From: Lama glama
Lineage: Eukaryota
Direction of reading: 5' to 3'
NCBI GenBank assembly: GCA_028534125.1
Contig: CM052847.1
Span: forward strand, 22,816,001 to 22,880,000
Length of the DNA: 64,000 nt
In this document: positions 26,088 to 38,990 of the stretch, in pieces
How positions within the stretch are numbered: the stretch's first letter is position 1
Layout: each line of letters opens with the position of its first letter
Program-made: the position numbers and the translations under genes
The notes under the pieces: generated by a model
Seen by the model: the letters and a program-made list of their open reading frames with translations, nothing else
The model's database searches: none
What the model was told of the DNA's origin: nothing

Positions 26088-28057
26088 TGTCTCTGCAGCA
26101 CCTTCTCCCTTGAGGGTCACGAGGCCCTCGGGCACCTCTGGGGCTCAGCCTGGCTCCTTCCTCCTTGTCCATCTCCCCTGTCTCCTCTGTGGGAGGAAGA
26201 CTCTCTAGGGAGTGTGTGGCTGGGGGAGGGGGCAACAGGCTTGCTCATTCCAGAGCCCCTTCTGAGTCCCTCCACACTCCTGGCCCCTGCTGGCTTCTTG
26301 CCTTCCACACATTCTGCCAGACCCTGCCCTGGGAGCCGAAGGGGTGCTCCCCGCCCTGAAGGAGCCCGAGGTGGGTGCCAGGGCCTGTCCTGACCCTTCC
26401 GTGCCCTGGGCTCACGTCGGTGGGTGGGGGTGGGGGGTCTTATTTACTCCAGAAAGAAGTCACACGGTACCGCTCAGCCCGCATGCTCTGACCGCTCAGT
26501 AGTTTGCTATTAGTTTGGGTGCAGGCCTCCATCCCAGGAGACTGGAGATGCCCCGTGCAGCCCACAGACATGCCCTGGAATTTGAATTTATAAAAATAAC
26601 TTGGGACACAAGCTTGTTTTTGAGCACTTTGGCTGGTTCTACCATAAACCAAGTGCAGGTGGGGAAAAATCAAATTCTTTCAAGGTCTGATTTATCTGGT
26701 TTGCAGTAACCAAAGTTGATTGTATATATTAAATCCCAAGTGATTAAAACACAAAAAAAGACTGGTGTCACATTAGACGTAAGCGCACATCTCCCCACGT
26801 GACTCTAAGTTCCTGCCTAGTTTCCAACACCCCGTGTAACCAGCGGTGCCCCTCTGGTACACAAATCCAGCGATGGACAGCTGCATGCAGCTGCAGTCGC
26901 GTGTGTGTGACCTGAGTAAAACCCACCACTGAAGGTGGCTGTGATGCAGTAGACGGGGTGCCGGGGGGAGACAGGGCAGGGCGGGGCCCGGGCAGAGGCT
27001 CCAAGGCCAGGTTTCTCCAGTTCGTTTCTCAAAGGCCCCAGCAGGTCTGGAAGGAGACAACAGACTCTCCTTCTCTGGTGCAGACGGTTAATCACAACTT
27101 GTCTTCCTTTGAATTTTAAAACCAGAAAAACTAAGGGTCGCAGGTCACTGCATAAACATTCCATAGAATTCTCCCTGGCAAAACCAGAGCAAGACTTTTC
27201 AAAGCCGCCCTAGGAAGTCACACCGGTTAAATACCAAAGAGATAAATTCTAACCCGCTGACTAAGTGCCTTCTGTGTTTCAGTTAGATAGTCCACCAGCG
27301 AGAGTAAGAAAAGGTAGAGAAATCTTTGCTTTTTTCTTTTTCATTTACCTTTATAAAGTGTTAATTGAGAAATATGCTTAACAGAAATGTCAAGGACTCT
27401 AAAGAAAGAAGAAAGGATTATAGGGGAGGAGACGTTAAAAAAAGAAAAAGGTCTTGACGGAGCCCCTGCGTCAAGAGGGGCTCCGTCAGAGGGGCGGGGC
27501 CTCCCGGGACGCCGCCGGAGCTGTCCCTGTCCGCCCTGCAGGTCCTCTGGCCCGCTCTGCACGGGGCACAGCCCACAGGGCTCCGATGGAGCCTCGGAAA
27601 CAAGCTGGGGCTGGGGGACGCACCCCTTCCCCACCCGCCTCCCCACCCCGGCGCCGCCAACTGGCCCAGAAGCCGGGAAGCGTGGGCAGCGCGGCTGGCG
27701 CGTGTTCAGTCCACGCACCGCAGGCCAGAGGCGAGTCAGGCCCCCTCGAGGGAAGCCCCAGTGATGGCCACAGAGACACGTGGGGCAAGTGGAGCTGGGC
27801 ACAGGGGCCGCCCCGTACCGTTCAGAGCCCCCGACCTCCACACAGAGACCCGCCCCCAACTGAAGTTTCCTCAGTGGGGACACCGGTGCCCTGGCCCCAC
27901 CGAGCGTCAGGTCGCTGCAGACGTGGGGCCAGGCGGAGGGGGGGGTGACAACAAAGCCACGCTCTCTGGGAGACACGGGCCTGTGGGTCTCACGTGTGAG
28001 GCTGCTAGAAAAAGGGGTCACTTGGAAAACTCAGCACCCAGGGTTCTATCAGCTTGG

Positions 28058-28230
28058 TGTGTGTGTGCGTGCAGTACGGTGTCTTCACGTGTGTGCACAC
28101 GTGTGTGGCAGCACTGTCAACCTATGTGCGTGTGTGTGTGCACACGTGCAGAGGCCTGCAGGGGGTGTGCGTGCACGTGTCTGTGTTGTATGTGTGCGCG
28201 CGTGTCTGTACGTGTGTGTGCACGTGTGCA
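28058..28230. repeat. Degenerate (TG)n/(TGCA/CACGTG) alternating purine-pyrimidine tract
   Basis: Directly visible; contains several CACGTG. Confidence 0.9.
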
Positions 28231-29160
28231 GAAACGGGAAAGGCGCAGGCCTGGGGGCGTCTAGGACGGGTTCTGCGACACGGAAGAAAGCAGGCCGATT
28301 ACGCAGTGCATGCGCATCCCCGCGCCTCTCAGGACGTCACCGGGCCGTCCTCCCTGAAGGAAGCTCTGCCGCAGGAGGGGGGGGGGGCGGTTCCCCCAAG
28401 GCTCCGCCCCCGGGGCCGTGCGGGGGGTGGGGCTCCGTCTCGGCGTCGAGGTCGCGACGCTTGGGGCGACTGCGCATGCGGACGCCGCTTGGAGGCGGGG
28501 GCCGGCCGGGCCGTCGCGCAGCCGTCACAGAGGTCCTGCTGCTTGTGTCTTCCAGGAATTCGCCGACTCTGTGTCCCAGCTGGTCACGCAGAAGTTCCAC
28601 GAGCTGAGCGGGGGCCTGGCGGCCGCGCACGCCCGCCACAAAGCCCTGGCAGGGATCGTCATGACCCAAGGTAAGGCCTCGTGTCCTTCCGCGGGGGCGC
28701 GCGCCGGCCTGGGAACCAGGGCCCCCCGCTCCGTCCCACGAAGACGCGCCCAGAGGAGCGAAGCCGCAGAGACCCGGTGACGCTGGCAAAGGGCTGCCGC
28801 CCGGCCCTGGCCACCCCGAGCCCGCGCGTCCGCGCAGCACGACGTCGCCCCAGAGCGGACCGGCTCTCTGTCCCTTGGGCTGGTCGCGCGCCCCCGGTGC
28901 GGGCAGGGCGGGCAGGGCCGAGTCTGTAGGAGGCGGCAACGAGGCCAGGCTGGCCTCGGGTCGCCACAGGCCCTCTCCCCGCCTGCCCGGGAGGCCTGGG
29001 GCCCCGCGGGGCGCGCGCCCGCCCGGAGACCCGTCCCTCCCGCCGCGGGGGCCTCGGCCCCAGGCGCTCACTGACGGGCCTCCGCCCTCAGCCTCGAGGC
29101 CTGGCCGGGGGAACAGCCCTCGGACCCTCCAGGCCGCGGCCGCTCAGGTTGGGCGAAAGC
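28230..29160. promoter_or_regulatory. Intragenic CpG island spanning exon 4, with promoter-type motifs
   Basis: Very dense CpG. NRF1-like tgcatgcgca (28307) and tgcgcatgcg (28471), GC boxes (28401, 28492) and an ETS-core cggaag (28281). Confidence 0.7.
28556..28670 (+). CDS. ADARB2: ADARB2 exon 4 (115 nt): EFADSVSQLVTQKFHELSGGLAAAHARHKALAGIVMTQ(G)
   Basis: Acceptor gcttgtgtcttccag|GAA and donor CAAG|gtaagg; phase 0 to 1. Matches the start of the ADAR3 deaminase domain. Confidence 0.96.
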
Positions 29161-29539
29161 GGTGCTTAGTCTGACCCAGTCGGTTTTGGTGAAAACATCT
29201 CATTACTAACCTATTAGTAATACTAACCGGCTGGTTGTTTGAATTCAGCTGTTTCTAGTTCCAGAGTTTGGGGTGGGCGGGCGATGCCCGAATGACCTCT
29301 CAGAGAATGGTTATTGTGAAAAAAAAAATTGACTTTCGTGCTGTGTCAGTTTCGCATGCACACACTTCCTCTGTGAGTGTAGACCAAGTCTAAGACTTGG
29401 AAAGACGGCCTACCTGATGTCCCCAAACGTGTACGTGAAACGTCGACCGAGAGCCAGGTGCGCGGCCCATCTTCCCTCTCCCGCTAGACGCCTGCACCCC
29501 GGTGTCACCCGGTCCAAGGCTCCTGGAGTCAGAGCAGAA

Positions 29540-29680
29540 GCACTCCGGGCACTGGCTTAGTTTTAGCGCGAGGACATGTCACTTAGCCTTTCCACTTTGG
29601 GCGTCTCAGTGAAATGGAAGTAGAAATGCCTCGCGCGGTGTAACCCGGTGAGCAGGGTAAAGTACATGAAAGCTTTGAAA
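29540..29680. mobile_element. MIR-like fragment
   Basis: gtcacttagcctttcc...tctcagtgaaatggaagtagaaatgcct...tacatgaaagcttt resembles the MIR 3' half. Confidence 0.5.
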
Positions 29681-32600
29681 CGTGAAAACTGCTTTATTGG
29701 GGTAGTGTCAAAGGTAACTGTGTTCTGTCAGGGATACACCAGCTCTGGTGGCAAGTGGCCCGCCCCCGCGCTGGGGACCCTCCACCCCTTCATAGGACAA
29801 GAAAGGCCCCAAGTGGAGGGCTAAGAGCTGCCTCAGTGAAGACTCCTTCCAGGGGGCCACTGGCAGCCACTAGTCGACAGGACACTTTCAGATGCTGGAC
29901 CCCATTCTGTACCACCTCGGGTGCCAGGGAAAGACGCCACCCCACTGGGGACGAGACAGTCCAGGCCATGGTAGGGGTGGTGTCAGGCTGAACCCCAGTG
30001 GCCCCTGCCACCAGTGGTGTGACCGCAGGCCAGCCAACCTCTCGGGACTCGATTCCCTGCCTGTGAGATGGGATGACATAGACCTGCCTAGAGGGGTCCC
30101 CATACACACAGCGCTCGGAGAGGCAGCCCCAGTCATGCCAGGCGCCCCAGAGCCCATGCGTAGGTCACTGCCCAGCGCCTCCATGTGCGACAGGCCTCCT
30201 GGCTTCTGGGCAAACAGCCGCGCACGGAATAGCCCCGGCGCTGCCCCCAGGACCCTAAAGTGTAGACCCCACGTGAAAAGAAGCGTCAGAGAGGCCCGGG
30301 CAGGACTGTGGGGTTACAGCCATGAACTTGGGCAGATTTTAAGTGTGGAGTGTCCACGTGGGTTTCTCTGCACGGATTCTAGGATGACGTGGTTTAATTT
30401 CACTTGGGCTGCCCCGCGAGTGTGAAGGAGGGGCACCCGCCAGTGCTGCTTCTTTACTGCTCGAGATTCCATCCCCGGAAGCCATGCAGGAGGACCAGTG
30501 GGCCATTTTTCAATGTTTCCCGGCTCTGGAGCTGTGCCTGTCCAGCATCCAGGTCTGCTTCTCTGGGAAGTTCAGTTCCGGGGAGTCTGGGAAGCTGCTC
30601 TCAGACGTCCCTTGGGAAACAGAGATACTTTACAAAGACTTGGGTAGAAACGGTGCTTTTAAGTGGCCACTGAATACACTGTTTCATCTACAGGCAGTTT
30701 ATTTATATGAACTAGATTTATCACATGAAAGTGAGACTTTGTGAGATAAACCTACACTGATTAGTAATTTAATAGCATTGAAGAATGAATTGCTGAAGCT
30801 TACTTTCCTGTTAGAAAGAGAAAATTTAATAAACATGTTGATTAAAAAGAGATTAGGGACAACTGTGCAAAATTACTAATAGGAATATTTTCACACATCC
30901 ATTTACTTCCAGTTGATGTGCGTTTAATCTTCATTCTGGTCCAGGCATTCAAGCCAGTGCCTTGGACGCTCTGAGGGGCTGAGGCGTCTCACTCTAGTTT
31001 CTGCAGTTACGTACACCACAGTGCTGCAGAATTAAGTTTATTTTGAAATAAAACATGATCCCTCACCGTCCCCATCCAGAGGTGAGATCCCAGCTCACCT
31101 GCATCAGTGATGTCTTCTCAGGTGAGGGGCCGAGACCCTTCTGTCACCATTCTGAGAAACATGATGGCAGAAACACACACTTCTGAACAGAATGGGGTTT
31201 GCTTTTATGAAAATAATGCAGTTGTTGGTAAAAACGCAAACGGAAGAGAACTTAGGACTGAGAAGCCACGTGCTCCACCCACCCCCCGGGCCGAGGCAGT
31301 CACTTCCAGTCGTTTTTCACTTTCGTTCTTGTGACTCTAAATACTGTGCAGGTTCTTGATTTCCAGCTTGCGCATTTTAAGCGATACCTGCTGTTTCACA
31401 CTGTTAAAAGTGGACCCTGTTGAATTTTTCGTCACTGTATGTAAAATATTTGTAATTGTAGATGGGACACTTGATGCCTGACTTTTTACCCTGGCGAGTT
31501 TAGACGGTGCTCTCTGCTTCCTGTCTGTCAATTAAGCAGCCCCCAGACTCGTATGAGTAGTTTCATGTTACCATAACTGGCGATATGTGTCCTCTGTTCT
31601 GTTCCATAATTAAGTCGTCTGTGTTTCGTTTGTGCCGTGAGTCTCAGGGTTGAAGACCACTGAGCGGCGTCTACGTGGTCAGGGCATTATAGTGACCGTC
31701 CCAGGCAGGGGGTGGGAAGTACCAGGGCTCCCAGTGGCGGGACCGTCTCTCCAGAAAGGGCACCAGCTCCCGCCAGGTCACGTACACTCTCGCTGCTCCA
31801 TCCACCGGCTCAAATTCATGTCACATGTAAGGTCAGTTCAAGCAGACAGACTTCTTGCTTAAGCAGCAACTTCCCGAGCCCCCGGTCTTCCTTTTCTCAC
31901 CGGCCTTTGGCTCAGAGCTGAGTCATGTGACCTCCACGCGGACCCGCTTCCGTTGCTGGCGGCCTCCACCCCGGCCAACCAAGGGGGCCCTGCACCTGCC
32001 TCCTGGACCACAGCCTCCAGCTCCAAGCTCATCCCTTCTGTCTCAGAAGGAACACCTGTGTCTCCCTCGATGTCTTGACTTAGTTCTCGTGCTTCTGGAA
32101 GGGTTTTCCGGGGGGATTTGAAGCTCAAGCTCATCTGCCCTCAGGATTTTGAAGGGATTTTTCTATTATCTTGTATCTGATACCTCTGACTGGAACACCC
32201 TGTGTGACGGACAGAGGTCGCACCAGCCGTGCCCACAGGAGGGGAAGGGCCCCTTCACCTGGATGTTACGTGATTCCATAGCACATGTGGCTGGAGCCCG
32301 CCGCCGTCCCGGGCACGTGTGAGCTGTTCACTCGTGTAGTTCTTTGGCGTCATTGCTCCAATAGGTTTCTTCCTTCGTCCCCATTTTTGTCGAGTTCTCA
32401 GTGTTCTGAGTTAATTCTCAGTCTTTTTCAACCCTTCCCTGTTTTTAGTCTACCTTTTACTCTGTGTTCCTGGAAATTTCTTAATTTACCTGACAGCTCT
32501 TCACTTGCTCCTTTTTCTTGAACTTCTGCAATCCCCTTTTCTCACTGACGACATCTATCTTGTTTTCCACTAGAACTTGGGAAAGCACACTGGCCCCGAG

Positions 32601-35576
32601 CCGACGGCTGGGCAAGGACATGGCAAAGCTGTGCCGCCTGGTCACGTAGCTGCGGGGCGGAAGTGAGGAAGGTGGCGACTCCCGCTGGAGATGGTCCTCC
32701 AGGCAGGCCAGCGCTCGGACAGGTCAGGGGAGGGACAGGAGCTGAGGGGAGGCGCCACCCCGCCCCACATCAGCCCACCTGTGCCATCAGCCATTAGCCA
32801 GGGAGTTTTAACTGCCCAGCCAGATGGTCGCCGGCCACATGCGCTGAAAGTACCTCACATCCCTCAGTCCAGGAGGACGCGGCCGTGTTGGGAGGTGGGC
32901 AGAGAGGTGCCCTGCGGAGGGCAGAATTCCTGGGAGCGAGATTTCCCCTTGGGGCCCTTCCCAGGGGGCCCGGCAACCTCCCTGTGGAAATGGAGCAGCA
33001 GACGGAGACGAGAAATGGGAAAGCGCCTCCCGAACCCGCAGCCCGTGAATTATTTATGGGGGCTCTGGACTCTCCTGTGTCTGGTCTTTGCTCCAGGGCG
33101 GTCTTGTCAGCCATCCTCCAGGCAAGGAAAAGCAGGCTGCTTGTCGCCCAGATCAGCTGTCTTGCTTTTGCCCCTCTGAGATGGCAGGCGGGTTACCGCC
33201 AGGCCGGGTGCCCGCTCAGCCCGGGAAGCCCCCAGAGGGAAGGCGAGTGCATGGCTCCCTGCCGATGGCGAGCGTGCCTCCTCATTCCACTTTCTCGGGA
33301 GGAAGAGGGAGGGCGGTGAACACATGTACTAAGTGTGGCGTTGCCGGATTCCCACCGCGTGGAGCCCTCAGTGTTGGCGCTGGGACATAACTCACCCGTC
33401 GTGAGCCTGAGCCGCCGTGGGGCCTGTCAGCTCCACGTGCACCGCACCCCGGACCTCAGCGTCCCGATGCTTCCTGGCCTCTCCGTCACCCTGTCCCAGC
33501 CGTAGCAGCCAGCTGGCAGCCCCTCGGGGAGGAGGTTGGTGTCCTGCAGATGTGCCACGCAGTCTCCAGGACCAGGTGAGGGGGACGGTGGGAGCCGGTG
33601 TCCAACGGGCCAGCAGTGGGGGTGCCTCGGAGGAGCTTCTCCAGCCCCAGGCGCCCTGGTCACTGGGTCACCGCACGGAACACGAGGGTCCGCAGGGCAG
33701 GGGTGCCAGACGCATCCTTGTCGCGCAGCAGAGATCCTTGCTCGGCCCCCACGTCATCAGACCCGCCTCCCATGGGGGCCTGGCCTGTGCAGCCCCCTGT
33801 GAGTCAGACACCACCTGTGGGGCCAGACCCCTAGGAAGACCACCAGCTCCCCTTCACAGAGTCTTCAGCCTCTCCTGTGGCCCAGGGACTTGGGGGAGGT
33901 CAGTTCCAGTGGGGCTCACCCCTCCCATTGGTCACCCTATTCCCAGCTGCCCTGTGGGGCTGGGTGTGGTTCGTGGGCTGGGATCGGGGTCAGCTCCATG
34001 TCTGGTTCTGCTCGGTACCCCTCCCAGGCTGTCTGTCCCCAGAGCTGCAGGCCTGCCCAGTCCGGGACCTGAGGTGACGTCCAGGTCAGGACCACCCATC
34101 CCCATCAGGGCTGCTTGTGAATCTGTCTGCAGAACGAGCCCACGTTGTCTCCATGGGAAAAGGCGAGCAGCTTTGAAATAGCTGGATCGTTCATTTTTCA
34201 TGTTAGTCATATTTCGGTGCCTTGAGGACCTCAGAGCAGTGGGCCTCCCTCACCCGCCCAGGGTGCTGTCGAACTAGCTGATGCCTGCACCACTGGCAGT
34301 GCTGGCAGATCCCAGAAGAAGAGGCCAGGCGGGCCGCTGGGAGCACTTCCTCCAGAGGGAATTACCGAGCCTGTGATGACTGCGCCCGCTCCACACCCTG
34401 GGCTTGCGGCTTACACACAAAACCAAGCGTCAGCATGCAGGCTCGCTGACAAAACGCCACTTTACCACCCCGACAGCAGACGGGGCCACGGCACCTCCGG
34501 ACCCACTCGGTCCCCGGTGTCTGTGGACCCTCTGAGCCTGGTGGACCCGGGCCAGGCAGTGACCGTGGCTGCACGGACACGGCCTCTTCCGGTTAGAGGT
34601 TTCTGCTCCCAAGTCGCTTAACGGAAGCTCCCACTTCAGGCCACAGACCCTGTCCCCGGCTGTCTGTCCGTTAGCTACTCGGGAGAATGAAAATTCTGCA
34701 TCTGCTTTCCATGTACCCACCCACCCAAACTTACCCGCCCGTGATAACCTGGCACACTGTTCGCAGGAATCTTCCAAGCTGGCTTCCATTCAAGTCTTGG
34801 CTTTCACATTGTGGGGGGGCTGGGGTCACATACCGCTATTTAACAGTGGCCCAGAGGTTCCTGTACCCAGTGAATTTAAAAAAGCAGCCAGCAGGCAGCC
34901 CCTGGACCCTCATGCATGGAGCAGGCTCAGTGCCATGAGGCGGACACAGCGGGACAGGGTGGAGCTGCTGGGAAGGCAAGCAGGTGGCCCGGGCACCTCC
35001 CTGCAGTGCAGGGGCACACACCTAAATGGGCTCCTGTCAGGATCTTGGGAGCTGGGCCTCGAAGGAGCGCCAGGATCAGAGCACGGCTGCTGGAGTGCCT
35101 GGCCTCTTCCCTGCAGCGGCGGGCTGTGTCTCTGCCCACCTGGCCTCCATGGAGCCAAGGCAGGAATAGCTCAGGTGTGCCCAGGCCATAAGCCCCCACA
35201 CTCCCACATTCAACCCAGCTTGCGCACTCAGAGACCCACCCCCCGGGACCTCAAGTTTCACTGATGGTTGCTGAGAGTTGAGGCTTGAGGGTCAGAGCCA
35301 AAACGGATACGTTTTCCAAAAGAAATCATGTAAAGAATTTGGTCGCTCCATTCTCCACCCACCCCTGAGCACGGTTAGTTTATCAGCGCAGAAGACATAG
35401 GGAGCATGGCACAAGTTGGTAAAGGATGGGGTGGGCTGAGGGTCCCCCTTCCAGCCCAGGGTGAATGGGGTCCCCAGAGGGGAGTCTCCCCCACCCTTTG
35501 TCAGAAGTGAAAATCTTTCCTTCCAGTCTCTGTCCAGTCATGTCCATCACAGACCAGACACATCTGAGCGGGCATT

Positions 35577-37610
35577 CTTTTTTTAATTGAAGTATAGTCA
35601 GTTACAGTGTGTCAAGTTCTGGTGCACAGCACAATGTCCTAGTCATGCAAATACACACATATATTTATTTTTATATTCTTTTCCATTAAGAGTTATTACA
35701 AGATACTGAATATAGTTCCTTGTGCTCTACAGGAGAAATTTGTTTTTTATCTATTTTTGTATCTAATGGTTAACATTTGCAAATCTCAAACTCCCAAATT
35801 TATCCCTTCCCACCCCACTTCCCCTGGTAACCATAAGACTGTTTACTATGTCTGCAAGTCTGTTTCTGTTTTGTAGATGAGTTCATTGGTGTCCTCTTTC
35901 TTCTTTCCTTTTAAGATTCCACATATGAGTGATATATGGTATTTTTCTTTCTCTTTCTGGCTTCTCTTAGAATGGCAATCTCTAGGTCCGTCTATGTTGC
36001 TGCAAATGGCATTATTTTATTCTTCTTTATGGCTGAGTCATACCCTATTGTATAAATACACCAACGGCTTCTTTATCTGTCGATGGGGACATGTAGGCTG
36101 TTTCCATGTCTTGGCTGTTGTAATAAGTAGTGCTGCTATAAACATTGGGGTGCAGGTGTCTTTCTGAATTCAGGTTCTCTCTGGATATATGCCCAGGAGT
36201 GGGGCTGCTGGGTCATATGATAANNNNNNNNNNNNNNNNNNNNNNNNNNNNNNNNNNNNNNNNNNNNNNNNNNNNNNNNNNNNNNNNNNNNNNNNNNNNN
36301 NNNNNNNNNNNNNNNNNNNNNNNNNNNNNNNNNNNNNNNNNNNNNNNNNNNNNNNNNNNNNNNNNNNNNNNNNNNNNNNNNNNNNNNNNNNNNNNNNNNN
36401 NNNNNNNNNNNNNNNNNNNNNNNNNNNNNNNNNNNNNNNNNNNNNNNNNNNNNNNNNNNNNNNNNNNNNNNNNNNNNNNNNNNNNNNNNNNNNNNNNAGG
36501 ACTCCTGCCCAGTTTTGATTTGGGCTGGGTTTTTTTTTTGTTATTAAGTTGTACGACCTGTTTATACATTCTGGAAATTAACCTTTGTCAGTCACATCAT
36601 TTGCAAATACTTTCTCCATTCCATAGGTTGTCGTTTTTTTGCTTACGGTTTCCTTTGCTGTGCAAAAGCTTGTAAGTTTAATGAGGTCCCATTTTAAAAT
36701 TTTTGGTTTAATTTCTATTGCCTGGGTTGACTGCCCTAGGAGAACACTGCTGAGATTTATGTAGGATAATGTTTTGCCTATGTTTTCTTCTAAGAGGTTT
36801 ACAGTGTCTTGTTGTATATTTAAGTCTGTAAGCCATTTTGAGTTTATTTTTGTGTGTGGTGTGAGGGAGTGCTCTAGCTTCACTGGTTTACATGCTGCCG
36901 TCCAGTCTTCCCAACATGACTTGCCGAAGAGACTGTCTCTTGTCCATTGTATGTTCTTGCCTCCTTCATCAAAGTTTAATTGACCGTAAGTCTGTAGGTT
37001 CATTTCTGGGCTCTCTGTTCTGTTCCATTGGTCCATATGTCTGTTTTTATGCCAGTACCACACTGTTCTGATGACTGTAGCTCTGTAGTGTTGTCTGAAG
37101 TCTGGGAGGGTTATTCCTCCAGCTCCATTCTTTTTCTTCAGTAATGCTTTGGCAATTCTGGGTCTTTCGTGGTTCCATATAAATTTTAGGATTATTTGTT
37201 CTAGCTCTGTGAAACATGTCCTGGGTGATTTGATAGGGATCGCATTAAATCTGTAGATTGCCTTGGGCAGTGTGGCCATTTTAATGATACTGATTCTTCC
37301 AAGAGCATGGGACATCTTTCCATTTCTTTAAGTCTTCTTTAATTTCCTTGGTCAGTGTTTTGTAGTTCTCTGTGTATAAGTCTTTCACCTCCTTGGTCAG
37401 ATTTATTTCTAAGTCTTTTATTGTTTTGGATGCAATTTTAAAAGGGATTACTTATTTACTTTTTCTGACATTTCGTTGCTAGTGTAAAGAAATGCAACTG
37501 ATTTCTGTAGGTTAATCTTGTATCCTGCTACCTTGCCGAGTTCTCTTATCAGCTCTTGTGGCTTCTGTGTGGCACGTTTGCAATTTTCTATATATAGTGT
37601 CATATCATCC
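35577..37610 (-). mobile_element. LINE-1, 5'-truncated (~2 kb): 3' UTR plus C-terminal part of ORF2
   Basis: ORF 36578-37315(-) encodes L1 ORF2p-like [18 protein letters not shown]...GGITLPDF...[14 protein letters not shown]...[16 protein letters not shown]. The T-rich tail is at the left end and the reading frame is disrupted. Confidence 0.97.
36224..36497. other. Assembly gap within L1
   Basis: Run of N. Confidence 1.
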
Positions 37611-38149
37611 ACTGAGGGTGAGGCACTATTTTTCTCTGGGATTTTCTCACCACTTGCGATTAAGAGGTTCCCTCCCCAAGCTCAGGGTCCCCCCGCACGT
37701 GCTGCACGAGGTGGGCCAGGACCCCAGAGCAAGCAGGGAGCTCTTGCTGCCTGCAGTGCTAAGTCACATGCCTGGGTCTCTGGTCCAGGGATCTCACACC
37801 TCTGCCAGCATCCCTGAGACAGTAATGGGCCGATGGACTGTGGGACTTGGGGTGGGGTCCCAGCCCTGCCAGCTGTCTTCCAGGGCGTCTGTGCGGGTGT
37901 CCTCTCTCACCCCGCCTTTGCAACAGTGCCAGCCTGTTTCATGTAGCAATGTCCCTTAGAAGTCTGTCCCCATAGGGAAGCTCTCTGCCCGTCCAGCTCA
38001 CAGAAGCCCAATACCAGACGCACACGCTGTGCTTCGCCCAGTCCCCCAGGGATGGGCCACAGCGAGTCAGTTGCATCATTCCACCCGCAGACACTTGCAG
38101 CAAACTGCCTCGCATACATCATCCTACACTTGCGCACACGCGGGGCGGG

Positions 38150-38690
38150 ATGAGCTCTCAGATGCCGTGATCGGACATTGCCGCGTTATGCTTCCGGTGT
38201 GTGCCAGCCACGCCCACTCCCGCCGGCCACTGTGAGCGCAGCGGTTTCCCCACAGCCCTTCCAACTGCACACTGATCAACCTTTGGACATTTGCCAATCT
38301 GATAGACAAAGAATTACATCTCACTGTATTTTTATATGATTATATTTATTTCTTCAGTGAGACAACACTTTTCCAGATATTTAAGAACCATTTGTGTTAT
38401 CTGTGAACTGTTTTTACCTGGCCTTTTTCCATTATCCTACCGAGGAATTTATTTTTCTAGAAGTTCTTTATATGTTAGGGAAATGGTGCTTTGTTTCTGA
38501 TACAAATTATAATTTCCCTCAGTTTTTAATTGTCTTTCCACTGTCTTTAAGGTGTTTTTCCGTGTAGAAATAGTTTTTCTTCTCATGCATTTGATTTTGA
38601 TCATCTTTACCAGCTTGGGACTCTGACTTACAATTAGAAAGGTCTTCACCCACTGAATTTATAAAGAGTGCATTTTATGTTCTCTTTTTT
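38150..38690 (-). mobile_element. Ancient LINE-1 (L1M-type) fragment
   Basis: tttccccacagcccttccaac...tttgccaatctgatagacaaagaattacatctcactgta...tctgtgaactg...gttctttatatgttaggga. Confidence 0.65.
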
Positions 38691-38699
38691 TAGGTTTTT

Positions 38700-38990
38700 T
38701 TTTCCAATCAACCGAAGTTCATAGCTTACATTAGGGTTCCCTCTTGGTGTTGTACCTTCTATAGTTTGCACAAATGTATGATGACATGAATCCACTATTC
38801 CAGTGTCACACAGAGTAGCGTCACTGCCCTGAAACCCTCTGTGCTCCACCTGCTCCCCCCCTCCCCCCGGCAGCCACTCGTCTTCCTGTCTCCATAGCTG
38901 TGCCTTTTCTAGATGCCACGGAGTTGGAATCACAGTGTGTAATTGGCTTCTTGCACTTAGGCATGTGCATTTAAGGCTGTCGTGTGTGTA
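38700..38990 (-). mobile_element. L1MC-like 3' fragment, antisense
   Basis: The reverse complement aligns with the sense copy at 12650-12900 (tgtgattcc.actc, gcaggtg.agcacag, tgtcatca.aca, .atgt.agct.tg). Confidence 0.75.

Noticed and set aside
35560-37632. Possible TSD for the 2-kb L1 (gagcgggcattcttttt versus gggtgaggcactattttt)
   Set aside because: Too many mismatches to claim.
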